A DNA stretch of 64,000 bases. Source: Rebecca billardiae RCC1528 (lineage: Eukaryota; Protista; Haptophyta). Under the pieces are notes generated by a model that worked only from the letters and a program-made list of their open reading frames with translations, made no database searches and was not told where the DNA came from. This document shows, one piece after another, positions 12,445 through 22,542 of the stretch (the stretch's first letter is position 1; every line of letters begins with the position of its first letter). A program made the position numbers and the translations under genes. The stretch spans positions 806,001-870,000 of the forward strand of contig OZ251252.1 of the NCBI GenBank assembly GCA_965240325.2. Direction: 5' to 3'.

Positions 12445-15393
12445 TCAGTGCCGCGCCCCGACCGGCGAGCCACCACCACCCGGCGTCGTGCTCCGCCCCG
12501 GACTGCCATCATATTCATACTCCACCGGCTCGATCTCGTAGCCGCCGAGATTGCTGGCCGGTTGGAGCGCCGCTAACCCTAAGGGCGCGGCGCCGCCGAT
12601 CCCGATGCGCGCCCCGCCACTGGCACTGGCGCCGGGGCTGCCGCTGGGCGGGCGGCCGGGAGAGGCTGAGGCGTGGGCGTGCGCCGCCGTGCCCGCGTGG
12701 GTGCGCTGCGTCGCCACGAAGGACTCGCACAGGCCCAGCGCGGCCTGCGCCGCCGCCGGCTGCCACGGCCCGCGCTGCGGCGGCTGCGGCGGCTGCGGCT
12801 GCTGCGGCGGCGGCGGCTGCGGCTGCGGCGGCTGCGGCTGCGGCGGCTGCGGCTGCGGCGGCTGCGGCTGCGGCTGCAGCGGCTGCGGCGCCCCCTCACC
12901 ACGCCGCACAAAAGGAACCTCCGCCGAGTGCAGCAGACCCGCAAGCTGCTGGGTGAGCGCCTGCTGCTCCTGCCACAGCGCGAGCGTCGCCGCGCTCGCG
13001 TCAGCCGGCGGCGGCGGCAGCCGCGGCAGCAGCGGCGGCCACCCCGCCTCCGCGTCAACAGCCGGCCACGCGCCGCGCGCGCCGCGCGCCGGCGAGCGCT
13101 GCGGCGCGCCGCCGCGCCGCGCGCCGGCGGCGTCGCCGTGCGCGCCATTCGCCGCCGCGCGCTCGGCGGCGCGCCCGCGAGCCGCGCCCCCGTGCCCCTC
13201 GGCCGCCGAGCACGAGGCGCACCCCCGGCCGTAGCCAGCATGGCTGCCGCCAGCATGATCGCCGCCCGCATGGCCGCCGCCAGCATGGCCGCCGGTGTGG
13301 GCGGCGTGGCCGGCGCCGCGCGGCGCGCCGGCCGCGCGCGCGCGCGGCGCGCTGCCGGCGCGGCGCGCGGCGCGGGGCGCGGGCACGCCACCGCCCCCTT
13401 CCGCGAGGGTGCTGCCGTGCGCCGCGCGAGCTTCGAGCCCCGGCTGCTGACGCCCGGCGCGCCGTGCCGCCACGTCGCGCGCGCCAGCCCCCGGCGGCGC
13501 CGGCTGTGGCGCCGCCCCTAGGCCAATGCGCGCGCGCGCGGCCGCGCGCGCGCTGCTGCGCGCGCCGCCGCCGCCGCCGTGTGGCGGCTGGGCGGCGGCG
13601 CGGTGGGACGGGTCGTGGCGCTCCGCGCGGTGCGAGGCCGGCGCGTGCGACGCGCGCAGCAGCGCGAGCGCCGCGTCCGCGCCCGCCTCCGCCACCGCCG
13701 CGCGCCACCGCCATAGCGCGCGCGGCAGCGAACGGCCGACCCTCAAAAGTCCGGGGCGCCCCGGAAGTCCGGGGCGCCCCGGACTTCGCCCGCGCAGCTG
13801 CGGCGCGAGGCGGCGCGCGCCCGTGGACGGCGGCGTCGAGGGCGCCTCCGCCCCCTCGCCCGCCGCCTCCGACCCGCCCGCCGCCCGCGGGCTCGAGCCG
13901 CGCGCCACGTCGCCGGGCGAGCCGCCGGCGCCGCCGCCGTCGAGCGCGCGCGCCGCGCGCGCGCGCGCGCCGTCGCCGTCGCCGCCGCCGCCATCGTCGC
14001 CACTGCCGCTTCCGCCGCCGCCGTCGCCGGCGTGCTCGGGGCCCGCGTGCCGGCTCGCGGCGGCACCGCGCGCGCGCGCGGCCATGGGCCCGTGCGCCGC
14101 CGCGCGCGCGTGCGGCTGCGCGCGCGCGAGCGCGGCGCGCGCGTCCGCGCGCGCCTCGGCGCGCGCGCGCGCGAGCGCCGCGCGCGCCTGCGTCGCCTGC
14201 GCTCGCATGAGGCCGCTAAGCTGGTGCACGTCGGCCGCGAGCGCGCGCTCGGCGGCGGCGCGCGCGGCCGCGGCGCGCAGCCAGCGCCGCCGCCACACCG
14301 CCGCGCGCAGCGCCGAGCTCAGCGCGAGCGCATGCGCGCGCTCTCGCGCGCGCGCGCCGCGCGCCCGCGCCGCCCCCGCCTCCACCTCGACGCCTGCAAG
14401 TTCGTCCCGAAGCAAAATCGAATCGACGGCGAGGCGGCGCGCGCCGGCGAGCGCGGCGTCTCGCGCGCGGCCCTCGGCGCTCGTGCTCTCGGCGGCGGCC
14501 GTGCACGCGCCGCGGGCCGCGTGCTGCGCCGCCGCGGACTTGCGCGCGGCAGGCGGCGGCGTGGTCGCTCCGTGCGAATCGGCGTCGGCGGCGCCGGCGG
14601 CGGCGCCGCCGCCGCCGGCGCCGCCGAGTGTCGCGGCGCCGCCGCCGCCGCAAGAGGCGCGGCGCGCGTTGCCGCCGCCGACGCTCGCGCTGAGGGCGCG
14701 GCGGCGGCTCGTCTCCGAGCCGAGCTGCTTGCGCACCAGCGTGAGCTCGCGCTCCAGCGCCGCCGCGCGCTCGAGCGCGCCGTCGCGCTGCGCTTGGGCT
14801 AAGCGCACGGCCGAAGCGGCCACCGCTGTCACGCCGTGGGCGGCGCGGTCGGCGGCGAGCGCGCTCGCGTCGAGGCTCGGCGGCGCGCTGGCGCTGGGGC
14901 TCGGCGCGGGCGCGAGGCCGCGTGCAGCGCCGCGCCACGCGCCCAGCGCGCGGCTCAGCGCGAGCGCGCGCGCACCGCGCCACACCTGCGCATACAGCAG
15001 CGCCGCCGCGCGCCGCACGGGCGCGCGCGAGGGCGGCGCGGGCTCGCGCATGGGCAGGCCGAGCGCCGCGCGCGCGACTGCGCGGGGCGAGGCGGCGGAG
15101 GAGGACCGGCCGGGCGAGTAGCCGCTCGCGCGCGGCGCCGCCGACGCCGACGCGCCGGGCGGAGCGGGCGGCGGCGGCGGCGGCGGCGCGCGCGGCGGCG
15201 ATTCGGCCCAGGCGGCGGGCGCAGGCCGATGCAGCGGCGCGGGCCGGCGGGCGGGCTCGTCCTTCGGGCGGCCGCTGCTCCCCTCGAGCGCGTTGAGCTC
15301 GTCCAGCAGGCCCTGCCGCTTCTCAAGCAGCGCCTCCCACGAGTTGGCGCCCGGCCGCGCGGCCGGCGCGCCGCCGCGCCGAGACGAGGCCAT
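12445..15393 (-). CDS. Low-complexity coiled-coil protein (may contain unrecognised introns)
   Basis: Long open frame from MASSRRGG with heptad-like stretches (WEALLEKRQGLLDELNALE, LERAAALERELTLVRKQL) and PQ repeats. Confidence 0.5.
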   Translation of the reverse strand: MASSRRGGAPAARPGANSWEALLEKRQGLLDELNALEGSSGRPKDEPARRPAPLHRPAPAAWAESPPRAPPPPPPPAPPGASASAAPRASGYSPGRSSSAASPRAVARAALGLPMREPAPPSRAPVRRAAALLYAQVWRGARALALSRALGAWRGAARGLAPAPSPSASAPPSLDASALAADRAAHGVTAVAASAVRLAQAQRDGALERAAALERELTLVRKQLGSETSRRRALSASVGGGNARRASCGGGGAATLGGAGGGGAAAGAADADSHGATTPPPAARKSAAAQHAARGACTAAAESTSAEGRARDAALAGARRLAVDSILLRDELAGVEVEAGAARARGARARERAHALALSSALRAAVWRRRWLRAAAARAAAERALAADVHQLSGLMRAQATQARAALARARAEARADARAALARAQPHARAAAHGPMAARARGAAASRHAGPEHAGDGGGGSGSGDDGGGGDGDGARARAARALDGGGAGGSPGDVARGSSPRAAGGSEAAGEGAEAPSTPPSTGARRLAPQLRGRSPGRPGLPGRPGLLRVGRSLPRALWRWRAAVAEAGADAALALLRASHAPASHRAERHDPSHRAAAQPPHGGGGGARSSARAAARARIGLGAAPQPAPPGAGARDVAARRAGRQQPGLEARAAHGSTLAEGGGGVPAPRAARRAGSAPRARAAGAPRGAGHAAHTGGHAGGGHAGGDHAGGSHAGYGRGCASCSAAEGHGGAARGRAAERAAANGAHGDAAGARRGGAPQRSPARGARGAWPAVDAEAGWPPLLPRLPPPPADASAATLALWQEQQALTQQLAGLLHSAEVPFVRRGEGAPQPLQPQPQPPQPQPPQPQPPQPQPPPPQQPQPPQPPQRGPWQPAAAQAALGLCESFVATQRTHAGTAAHAHASASPGRPPSGSPGASASGGARIGIGGAAPLGLAALQPASNLGGYEIEPVEYEYDGSPGRSTTPGGGGSPVGARH

Positions 15394-15604
15394 CGCCTGC
15401 CCTCGGCCGCGCGCTTGCCGCCCTTTTGAAAGCGCCGCCGCCAAACGGCGCGCGGCCTCGAGCCTGAATGGAAAGTCCGGCCCGGTTCCCGGGCACACGC
15501 CACCGGACCAGGCGGGCGGGGCGGCAGCAGGGGGCTGGCGCAAGGGCGCGGGTTGTGCCGCGCGGACTGCGACGGCTCGCAGCCCGTGCCAGCGTCGCCC
15601 GTGG

Positions 15605-16664
15605 ATGCAGGGCTCGAGCGGCGCCGGCAAGGGCAGCGGGCGGTGGACGTGCGTCAGATGCGCCACGCTCAACAGCAGCTCGCTCGACACGTGCGCCGCC
15701 CCCGGCTGCCACCAGACACGCGCGGGCGGCGGCGGCGCGGCGGCGGCGCATCAGCATGGCCGCCACGACGCGCGACGAGCGGCGCTGCGGCGTAAGCTCG
15801 ACGCCGCGCTGGCGAGGGTGGCGCCGCCGATCGAGGAGCGGTGGCCCAGCGGCATCCCCCCCGTGCTGGTCAGCCGCGCCACGCCCGCAACCGCCGAGCC
15901 GCCTGCGGCCGCGGCCGAGGCGGCGGGGGCGGCTACCGCGGCGGCGCGTGCGCGCGGGCCTGGCGGCGGCGGCGCGGGGCCCAAGGTGCGCGAGACGGCG
16001 CGCGCGCCGGCGGCGCCGCTGGCGTCGTGGTCACGCCAGCCGCACCAAGCCGTGCCGCCGGGGCAACCGCCGGGGCCGCCGCCCGGGCCGCCGCCGCCGC
16101 CGCGCGCCGCCGCAGAGCCGCAAGTCGGCGGGGCGGCGCAGGGCTGGGCGGAGCCGCCTGGCTGCAGAGGCCGGCCCGCGCAGTCCGGGAGCTACGCGGC
16201 TCCCGGACTCGGCGGCGAGCCGCCGGGGTGCAGAGGCGCCGCGCCGCTCGAGCGCGCGCGCTCCTTGGACGTGCCAACCGGCGCCCCGCCGCAGCAGCAG
16301 CGCCGCGCCTCCGAGGACGGCGCGGCGGCCCGGGACGGCGCTGTGCCCCGGACTTTTGGGAGAGCCGCCGAGGCCGCGGCAGTCCGGGAGGCCGATGGGC
16401 CCCGGACTGCGGGCGAGGGCCGGCCGCCGTGGACGGCCGCCGCCCCTCGCCCGCCGTGGGCCCAGAAGGCGGGGAGCACCGCTGCCCACCGGCCGCACAC
16501 AGCCACAGCAGCCCCCCAGGAGGACGACGCGGCGCAGAGCAGAAAAGCGCTGCGCGTGCGCGGCTGGTCGGCGGGCGCCGCGCCGGCGCTCGGCGAGGCG
16601 GCGGCTGGCGGCAGGGGCCGCGGCGGCGGCGGCGAGGGCGAGGGCGGCGGGCGACAGGAGCACC

Positions 16665-16695
<31 letters not shown>

Positions 16696-17524
16696 GCAGT
16701 ACTACAGGCACGGGCCGGACGAGCGCACCGCCCACGGCGCACGCGGCTGGGGGGAGCCGCCTGTCTCGCGGGGGCCTAACCCTAACCCTAACCCTAACCC
16801 TGTCTCGCTGGCGATGCGGCAAGCGGCGGGCGGCGCGCGCGACCGCCCGCCCGGCCCGCCGCCGGGTGCGCCGCCGCCGGGGCGGCAGCGCTCGGACGAG
16901 CCCGCCGCGCCCCGGCACGCTCCGGACTCCGCCAGCCTCGGCGGGGAGCGCGTGGAGGCGGCGGGGCGCGAGGCGGGCGGCGGCCCGCCGCCGCCGCCGC
17001 CGCGCGGGCCGCCGCCATTCGCTCCTGGCTCGCCGCCGCGCTACGCGCGCGGCGCGCACGCGCGCTCGGGCCGCGAGGACGGGGGTCCGGAGGCGGGGGC
17101 TCGGCAGCAGCCGTCGCAGCGCGCGCGCGAGGGCGCGTGGGAGCGCGGCGCCGAGCGCGGCGCCGGGCCGGGCGCCGGCCGCTGGACCCGTGCGGAGCCG
17201 GACCAGCCGCTGCGCCGCTCGCGCGCGGACCCGCGCGATAGCGACGAGCGCGGCGCGGGCCGCGGCGGACGGCGCGGCGCACGAGGGCGCGGCCCCGCCA
17301 TGCCCGTGGGGCGGGGCGGCGGGCAGGGCGCGCAGCAGCCGCCGCCGATGCGCCGCGGCTCGCCGCAGCGGCACCGCGGGATCGACGGGCAGCTGCCGCA
17401 CCGAGCAGAGCGCCTGTGGGCCTCGCCGCCGCGCGCTTCCGCCGCCGCCGACGATCACGCGCACAAGCGGATGCGTAAGCTGTCGCCGCGCAGCTCGCGC
17501 GGTCTGGGCCATGGGCATGGCTGA
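15605..17524 (+). CDS. RanBP2-type zinc-finger protein with a disordered Pro/Gly/Arg-rich tail
   Basis: WTCVRCATLNSSSLDTCAAPGC matches W-x-C-x2-C-x3-N-x6-C-x(2-4)-C near ATG15605. Confidence 0.6.
16776..16800. repeat. Interstitial telomere-like (CCCTAA)n
   Basis: About 4 copies of cctaac; similar tracts at 42950-42983 and, degenerate, at 9986-10006. Confidence 0.75.
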
Positions 17525-18193
17525 CGACGGGCCCTGCTGCCGGCGGTGCGACGGCCTGACCGAGAGCGCTGTATCCGCGGCGAGCACACGACGGCGACAC
17601 GCGGCGCCTCGTCCGCGCCGGGCCTGCGGTCGGCACGTGACTCGGCTACACGCAGTCCGGTGCTGTAACTGCCCGACGATCGACGACACGCCGCTTGCTT
17701 CTACTTTCTCTAGTACTGCCCGCGCGCACTCGGCTCGGTCCACGCGCGTGCCTACGACGTACGTACGACCGGGCTACGGCGCGCGTGCGGGCTGCGGCGT
17801 CCGCGCGCGATCGGCGACGACTCGGTCTCGGAGACGGAGTGGCGGCATAACCATTAACCGGCAGTGACTCGCGGACTGCTATATGCTGCCAAGTCGCCCT
17901 AGTTTGCTCTAAATGCTCATCGGGTCCGACGACCTACTTTACGTATACCAGCTCACTACTACTACTACCGTACTAGCGCTACTATACAGTTTATTAATTA
18001 CGACTTAAAGAATAAGAGACGCGCGCACTCGGTCCGGCACACAGCTCGCAGGCACAGAATAGACGAGTAGTGAGTTCCAGAGTGCGTAGTAGCAGGCGGC
18101 GGCGGCGGACGAATATCGCCGCGTCCGCGCGCGCCAAAAATAATTCATACGACGATTGTTAGTTGGGTATCCCACATGGCCACGTGACCGAGG

Positions 18194-18955
18194 ATGCCCA
18201 GCGTCGCCACGAACACCGAGCCCGAGGGGACTTTCCCCGGCGAGCTGCGCTTCTCCGACCGCGCACTGTGTGACGGATCGAAGCGCACGACCGTCGCGGA
18301 TGGCCTCTCGCGCTGGTGGACCATCACGCTTGCGGATGGCACGCGGCTGACGCACTCCATCGCCAGGACGGCCACGCAGGAGGCTGGCTTTGCTTCTCCA
18401 CAGGGAAAACGCGCCGGCCCCCGCCGGCGGCGCAAGGGAGGTCGTGGCGCGCCTCCTACTGCTCCCCCGCGGACCGCCCAGCACGCAGCGCGCACGCCGG
18501 CCTCGCCGGTGCGCCCGCCCGCCGCGCAGGGCTCGGACGCTGAGGCGCTGCAGGCGAACGACGAGCAGCAGCACTCTCAGAAGCGGAAGAAGAAGCCCCG
18601 GCGTGGGAAGCGCGGGCAACGGCGCGACGCCGAGGGCCGACGGATTCGTTCTCCATCGAGCCGTCGCTCCTCGACGCGCCGCGACGTCAAGGAACGCCAG
18701 GCGCGCAAGGCGGCGCGCCTGGCACCGACCGCTGCACCCACGCCAGTCCCTGCTGCCCCGCTCCACGAGGACCGAGACTCGCCCCCGGGCGACGACTTGG
18801 ACGACGAGGAGCTGCCGCAGCAGCGGACGAAGCGCACCCTGGACGACGCCGCAGCGCCAGCCGCCGCCAGCCAGCCAGCTGGCTCGAGCGGCAGGCGCGT
18901 ACGCGACCGCTCGGGGAGCACGGGGCAGGCTCGACCAGCTGCTACCAGCGGCTGA
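18194..18955 (+). CDS. Hypothetical basic protein
   Basis: ATG-initiated 253-aa ORF with a globular N-terminus and NLS-like KRKKKPRRGKR. Confidence 0.4.
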   Translation: MPSVATNTEPEGTFPGELRFSDRALCDGSKRTTVADGLSRWWTITLADGTRLTHSIARTATQEAGFASPQGKRAGPRRRRKGGRGAPPTAPPRTAQHAARTPASPVRPPAAQGSDAEALQANDEQQHSQKRKKKPRRGKRGQRRDAEGRRIRSPSSRRSSTRRDVKERQARKAARLAPTAAPTPVPAAPLHEDRDSPPGDDLDDEELPQQRTKRTLDDAAAPAAASQPAGSSGRRVRDRSGSTGQARPAATSG

Positions 18956-19194
18956 GACTGCCAGCTGACATCCGGACCTGCACCATCGCCCTCGCTCGGG
19001 GCACAGCAGGGCCATGCGAGCCGCGCAGCGCAGGTGGATCGCGCTCCAGCAGCTCAAGGCCGCGCTCAAGCTTTACGATCGCGGTGCAGGCTATGCTCTG
19101 CCACCAACGCCGACTTCGTGTCGACGATCGGGCACTGCCGCCGACGAATCAGGAGACCCGCGTCGTCCTACCTGTGTCGTTAAATCATAGAATG

Positions 19195-20317
19195 GGTATA
19201 CCAAGGGTGGTCAGGGTCGCCGACTCCAGCGGAGGCCGGCGCCGGAGGTTCACTCCCAGATTTTTGCAGCGGAGCGGCGCGCGGGGCCGCCGCCGCTGTT
19301 GCGGGCCGCCCGGGGCGTGCACGGCGTGGGCTCGTGCGGCCGCTGCCGCGCACGCCGAGCGATCTGGCGCGGGCTCGCGGCTTGTTGATGGCCTCGCGCG
19401 CCGCAGCGTGCCGCGCGCCTTGCCTGGCTTCGCCGTTCTCGCGCCTCGGCCGCTGTGCACGTTCGCGGCCCCAAAGCACGGCCTCGGCGTGCCGCTCAGC
19501 AAAGCTACAGAGCGTGCGTGTGCCTTGTGCGACGCGACGCGGACATTGCCGCCGGGCGATGAAGTCGTAGTGTGAGCGCGCGCCGTGAAACCTCGGCGCA
19601 GCTCGAGAGCGCCTTTGACGCCTCGGTCAGCTGTCGACCGAACTCAAACTGCTGACGCACCAACCTCCGATGGACATGTCCGTTCAACGAAGGGCGATCC
19701 CGACGCTGAGACTCGTGAAGACTAGTCGAACGCTATAGCCAAGAAGACCTACGTCATCACGACGTGCGTGTGGGCCTTGCGTGACGATGCGACGTGACGA
19801 TTGCCCCGGCAAGAGAGTCGGTCGTCAAGCTTTCATCGGTGGTCAGCGAACAGACGCCTCCACGCGCGTAAGCAGCATCATTTCATTGCTCTCGATCCGC
19901 GCTGAGGCTTCACGGCGCGTGCTCACACTACGACTACATCGCCCGGCGGCAATGCCCGCGTCGCGTCGCGCAAGGCGCCTGCACGCTCGGCTCAGAGGTA
20001 TGCCGAGCTTGCGGTTTGGCGTCGCATGCGTGCACGGTGTCCGAGGCGCGAGAACGGCGAAGCCAGGCAAAGCGCGCGGCACGCTGCGGCGCGCGAGGCC
20101 ATCAACAAGCCGCGAGCCCGCGCCAGATCGCTCGGCGTGCGCGGCAGCGGCCGCACGAGCCCACGCCGTGCACGCCCCGGGCGGCCCGCCACAGCGGCGG
20201 CGGCCCCGCGCGCCGCTCCGCTGCAAAAATCTGGGAGTGAACCTCCGGCGCCGGACTCCGCTGGAGTCGGCGACCCTGATGAACATGGTCCTTTGCCCTG
20301 ACCACCCTTGGGTATAC
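19195..20317. mobile_element. Foldback/MITE-like element with ~400-bp inverted arms (19195-19597 and 19900-20317)
   Basis: gtataccaagggtggtcaggg...cactcccagatttttgcagcgg recurs reverse-complemented (ccgctgcaaaaatctgggagtg...ccctgaccacccttgggtatac). Confidence 0.75.
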
Positions 20318-20418
20318 TGCTACGATGGCGGCGGGTTCGCAGCTCTCGCGTCCTGCTCGCGATGCGTGATGCGAGACGCGCGCACGGGCCTGCTTGTCGT
20401 CGTCGTCTTCCGCTGACG

Positions 20419-21951
20419 ATGGGCGCGAGGTCGAGCGGGCTCGTCCTCGCGTGCGCGTGCGCCTGGCTGAGCGCCTCGACGACCGGCGTGGCGCTCGCGC
20501 CGCCGGCGTGCGCGTGCTTTAGCTTCTGCAACATGTCGGAGACGGCGCACGCGTTTGCGGCGCTTCCGATCGTGCGCACGCGCGCGTCGCCCTGGTACCC
20601 GCTGCTCCGCAGCGTGTACAACGGCTCGGTGCCGCTCCCGTTCGACATGGCGACGATGGGCGCGCTGCTGCTCCCCACGTCCGCCGCGCACGGCGCGCTG
20701 CGCGTGCCCTGGTCCACCCGCTGCGCGCGCGCCACGCCCGGCGGCCCCAAGTACGGCGCGGCGCCGCGCTGCGAGCTGGGCGTGTGCGTGCGGCTCGGCT
20801 GGTACGACGGCGCCCGCGCGAGGCACGCCGAGGGCGTACTCACGCTGCCGCAGCGCGCGGAGCTGCACGGCAAGGACGCGCGCCTCCTGCACTCCGGCAC
20901 CGTCAGCCTGCCCGCTCAGCCTCGCCGCCGCGCCGCGGGCGCGAACGGCTCGTCAGCCGAGCCGCCCGCCGCCGTGCTCGGCAGCATGGCGCTCTACGGG
21001 AACGCGAACATCCGCGCGCGCGCCAACCCTCCGAAGAGCCTGCAGCCGTACGCGGTGCTGCGGTGGCACACGCCGCGCGGGCGGCTGCGGCACGCCGCGC
21101 CCAACGGCAGTTGGGTGGAGGTGCTCCGTCAGGCGATGGACCTGCCCGAGGGCATCGCGTACGGCTGCTGGTTCTGGCTGCTGCTGCCGCCGTACCCGCG
21201 CGGGACGGGCACGTACGTGAACGTGGGCCGCACGCTCGCCTTCAGCGGCCGTTACGAGGCCTCCAAGTACTGCGGCGCCCGCGGGTACCACCGCCTATAC
21301 AGTTACCCGGCAGAGCTCGGCAGCGCCCCCGACGCGATCCGGCTCAAGGCAAACAGCGTGAAGCCGAACGACCCGGCGCTCGACCAGCTCGGGCGGCAGA
21401 ACGACAACGCGCTGGGCGTGTGCGCGCGCGGCCTCGGCTTCGACTCGGTGCAGCTCGTGCGAGGTCTGGCCGGGCGCTCCGAGCTGGTCATGGCGCCGCC
21501 CGAGTGCACGGTGCCTGGCCAGCGCGAGAAGCTCGGTAGCTGCCCGCCCACGGCGGTCGAGCTGCGCACCGGCTGGGGCGGGGCGCAGCCGTGCCACTGC
21601 GCGGAGGCGGTCGAGCTGGTGCCGCCCCAGGCGGGCGGGGGCGCCGCCGCCGCGCCCGCCGCGCTCAGCGCCGCGCAGAGGCGGCGGTGGGCCGAGCCGG
21701 CCACGCTGCCGCTGGGCATGCTCAACTGCCTCGGCGCGCCCGCGGCCGCAGGCAGGCGGGGGAAGGGCACGGTGGTGAGGGTCGACGAAGGCGCCGCTGC
21801 GGCCGCTGCGGCCGCCACCGCCGACGCGGCTTTGGCGTTGGGCGACGCGACGTTTGGCGGCGACAATGACAGCAGCAGCGGCAGCGGCGGCCCGGCGCTG
21901 GGCGACCCCCGCGCGCCGGCACTCTCGCTCCTCAACACGGGCCTGTTCTAA
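20419..21951 (+). CDS. Secreted hypothetical protein
   Basis: Signal-like [20 protein letters not shown]; globular motifs [18 protein letters not shown]...[29 protein letters not shown]...CHC. Confidence 0.65.
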   Translation: MGARSSGLVLACACAWLSASTTGVALAPPACACFSFCNMSETAHAFAALPIVRTRASPWYPLLRSVYNGSVPLPFDMATMGALLLPTSAAHGALRVPWSTRCARATPGGPKYGAAPRCELGVCVRLGWYDGARARHAEGVLTLPQRAELHGKDARLLHSGTVSLPAQPRRRAAGANGSSAEPPAAVLGSMALYGNANIRARANPPKSLQPYAVLRWHTPRGRLRHAAPNGSWVEVLRQAMDLPEGIAYGCWFWLLLPPYPRGTGTYVNVGRTLAFSGRYEASKYCGARGYHRLYSYPAELGSAPDAIRLKANSVKPNDPALDQLGRQNDNALGVCARGLGFDSVQLVRGLAGRSELVMAPPECTVPGQREKLGSCPPTAVELRTGWGGAQPCHCAEAVELVPPQAGGGAAAAPAALSAAQRRRWAEPATLPLGMLNCLGAPAAAGRRGKGTVVRVDEGAAAAAAAATADAALALGDATFGGDNDSSSGSGGPALGDPRAPALSLLNTGLF

Positions 21952-22032
21952 TAATAGCAGCTAGTATATAGCGAGTCTGCTCGGACCGCGGATGTATGTA
22001 GTCGTCGTCGTCGCGTCGTCATCGTCGTCGCG

Positions 22033-22193
<161 letters not shown>

Positions 22194-22542
22194 GTTTTTG
22201 ATGGCGCGTGACCGTGAATGATCAGCATCATCATATCGTCGTCGTCATCAGACGACTTAGATCAGCGTCGTCATCGCGATATGATGACGACGCGACATGT
22301 TGATGACGCGACGCCGCCGCCAGTCCGCCACGCGCGATGCATCCGAAGCAGCGCGCAGCCCCGCCGAATAAGCGCAGCCGATTGCGCCGGATGACAGGAC
22401 GCCCGAGGGCGGTCGCCTGACCGTCGGACCGTGTTAATCACCGCGCAACGAGTTTGGCGGACGACGTGCAGAGTGCAGCGCCGCCGCAAGTCGCACCGGC
22501 GCCCGGCCCCCACCGAGCCTGGCGAGTACGGTGCCGGGTCGC

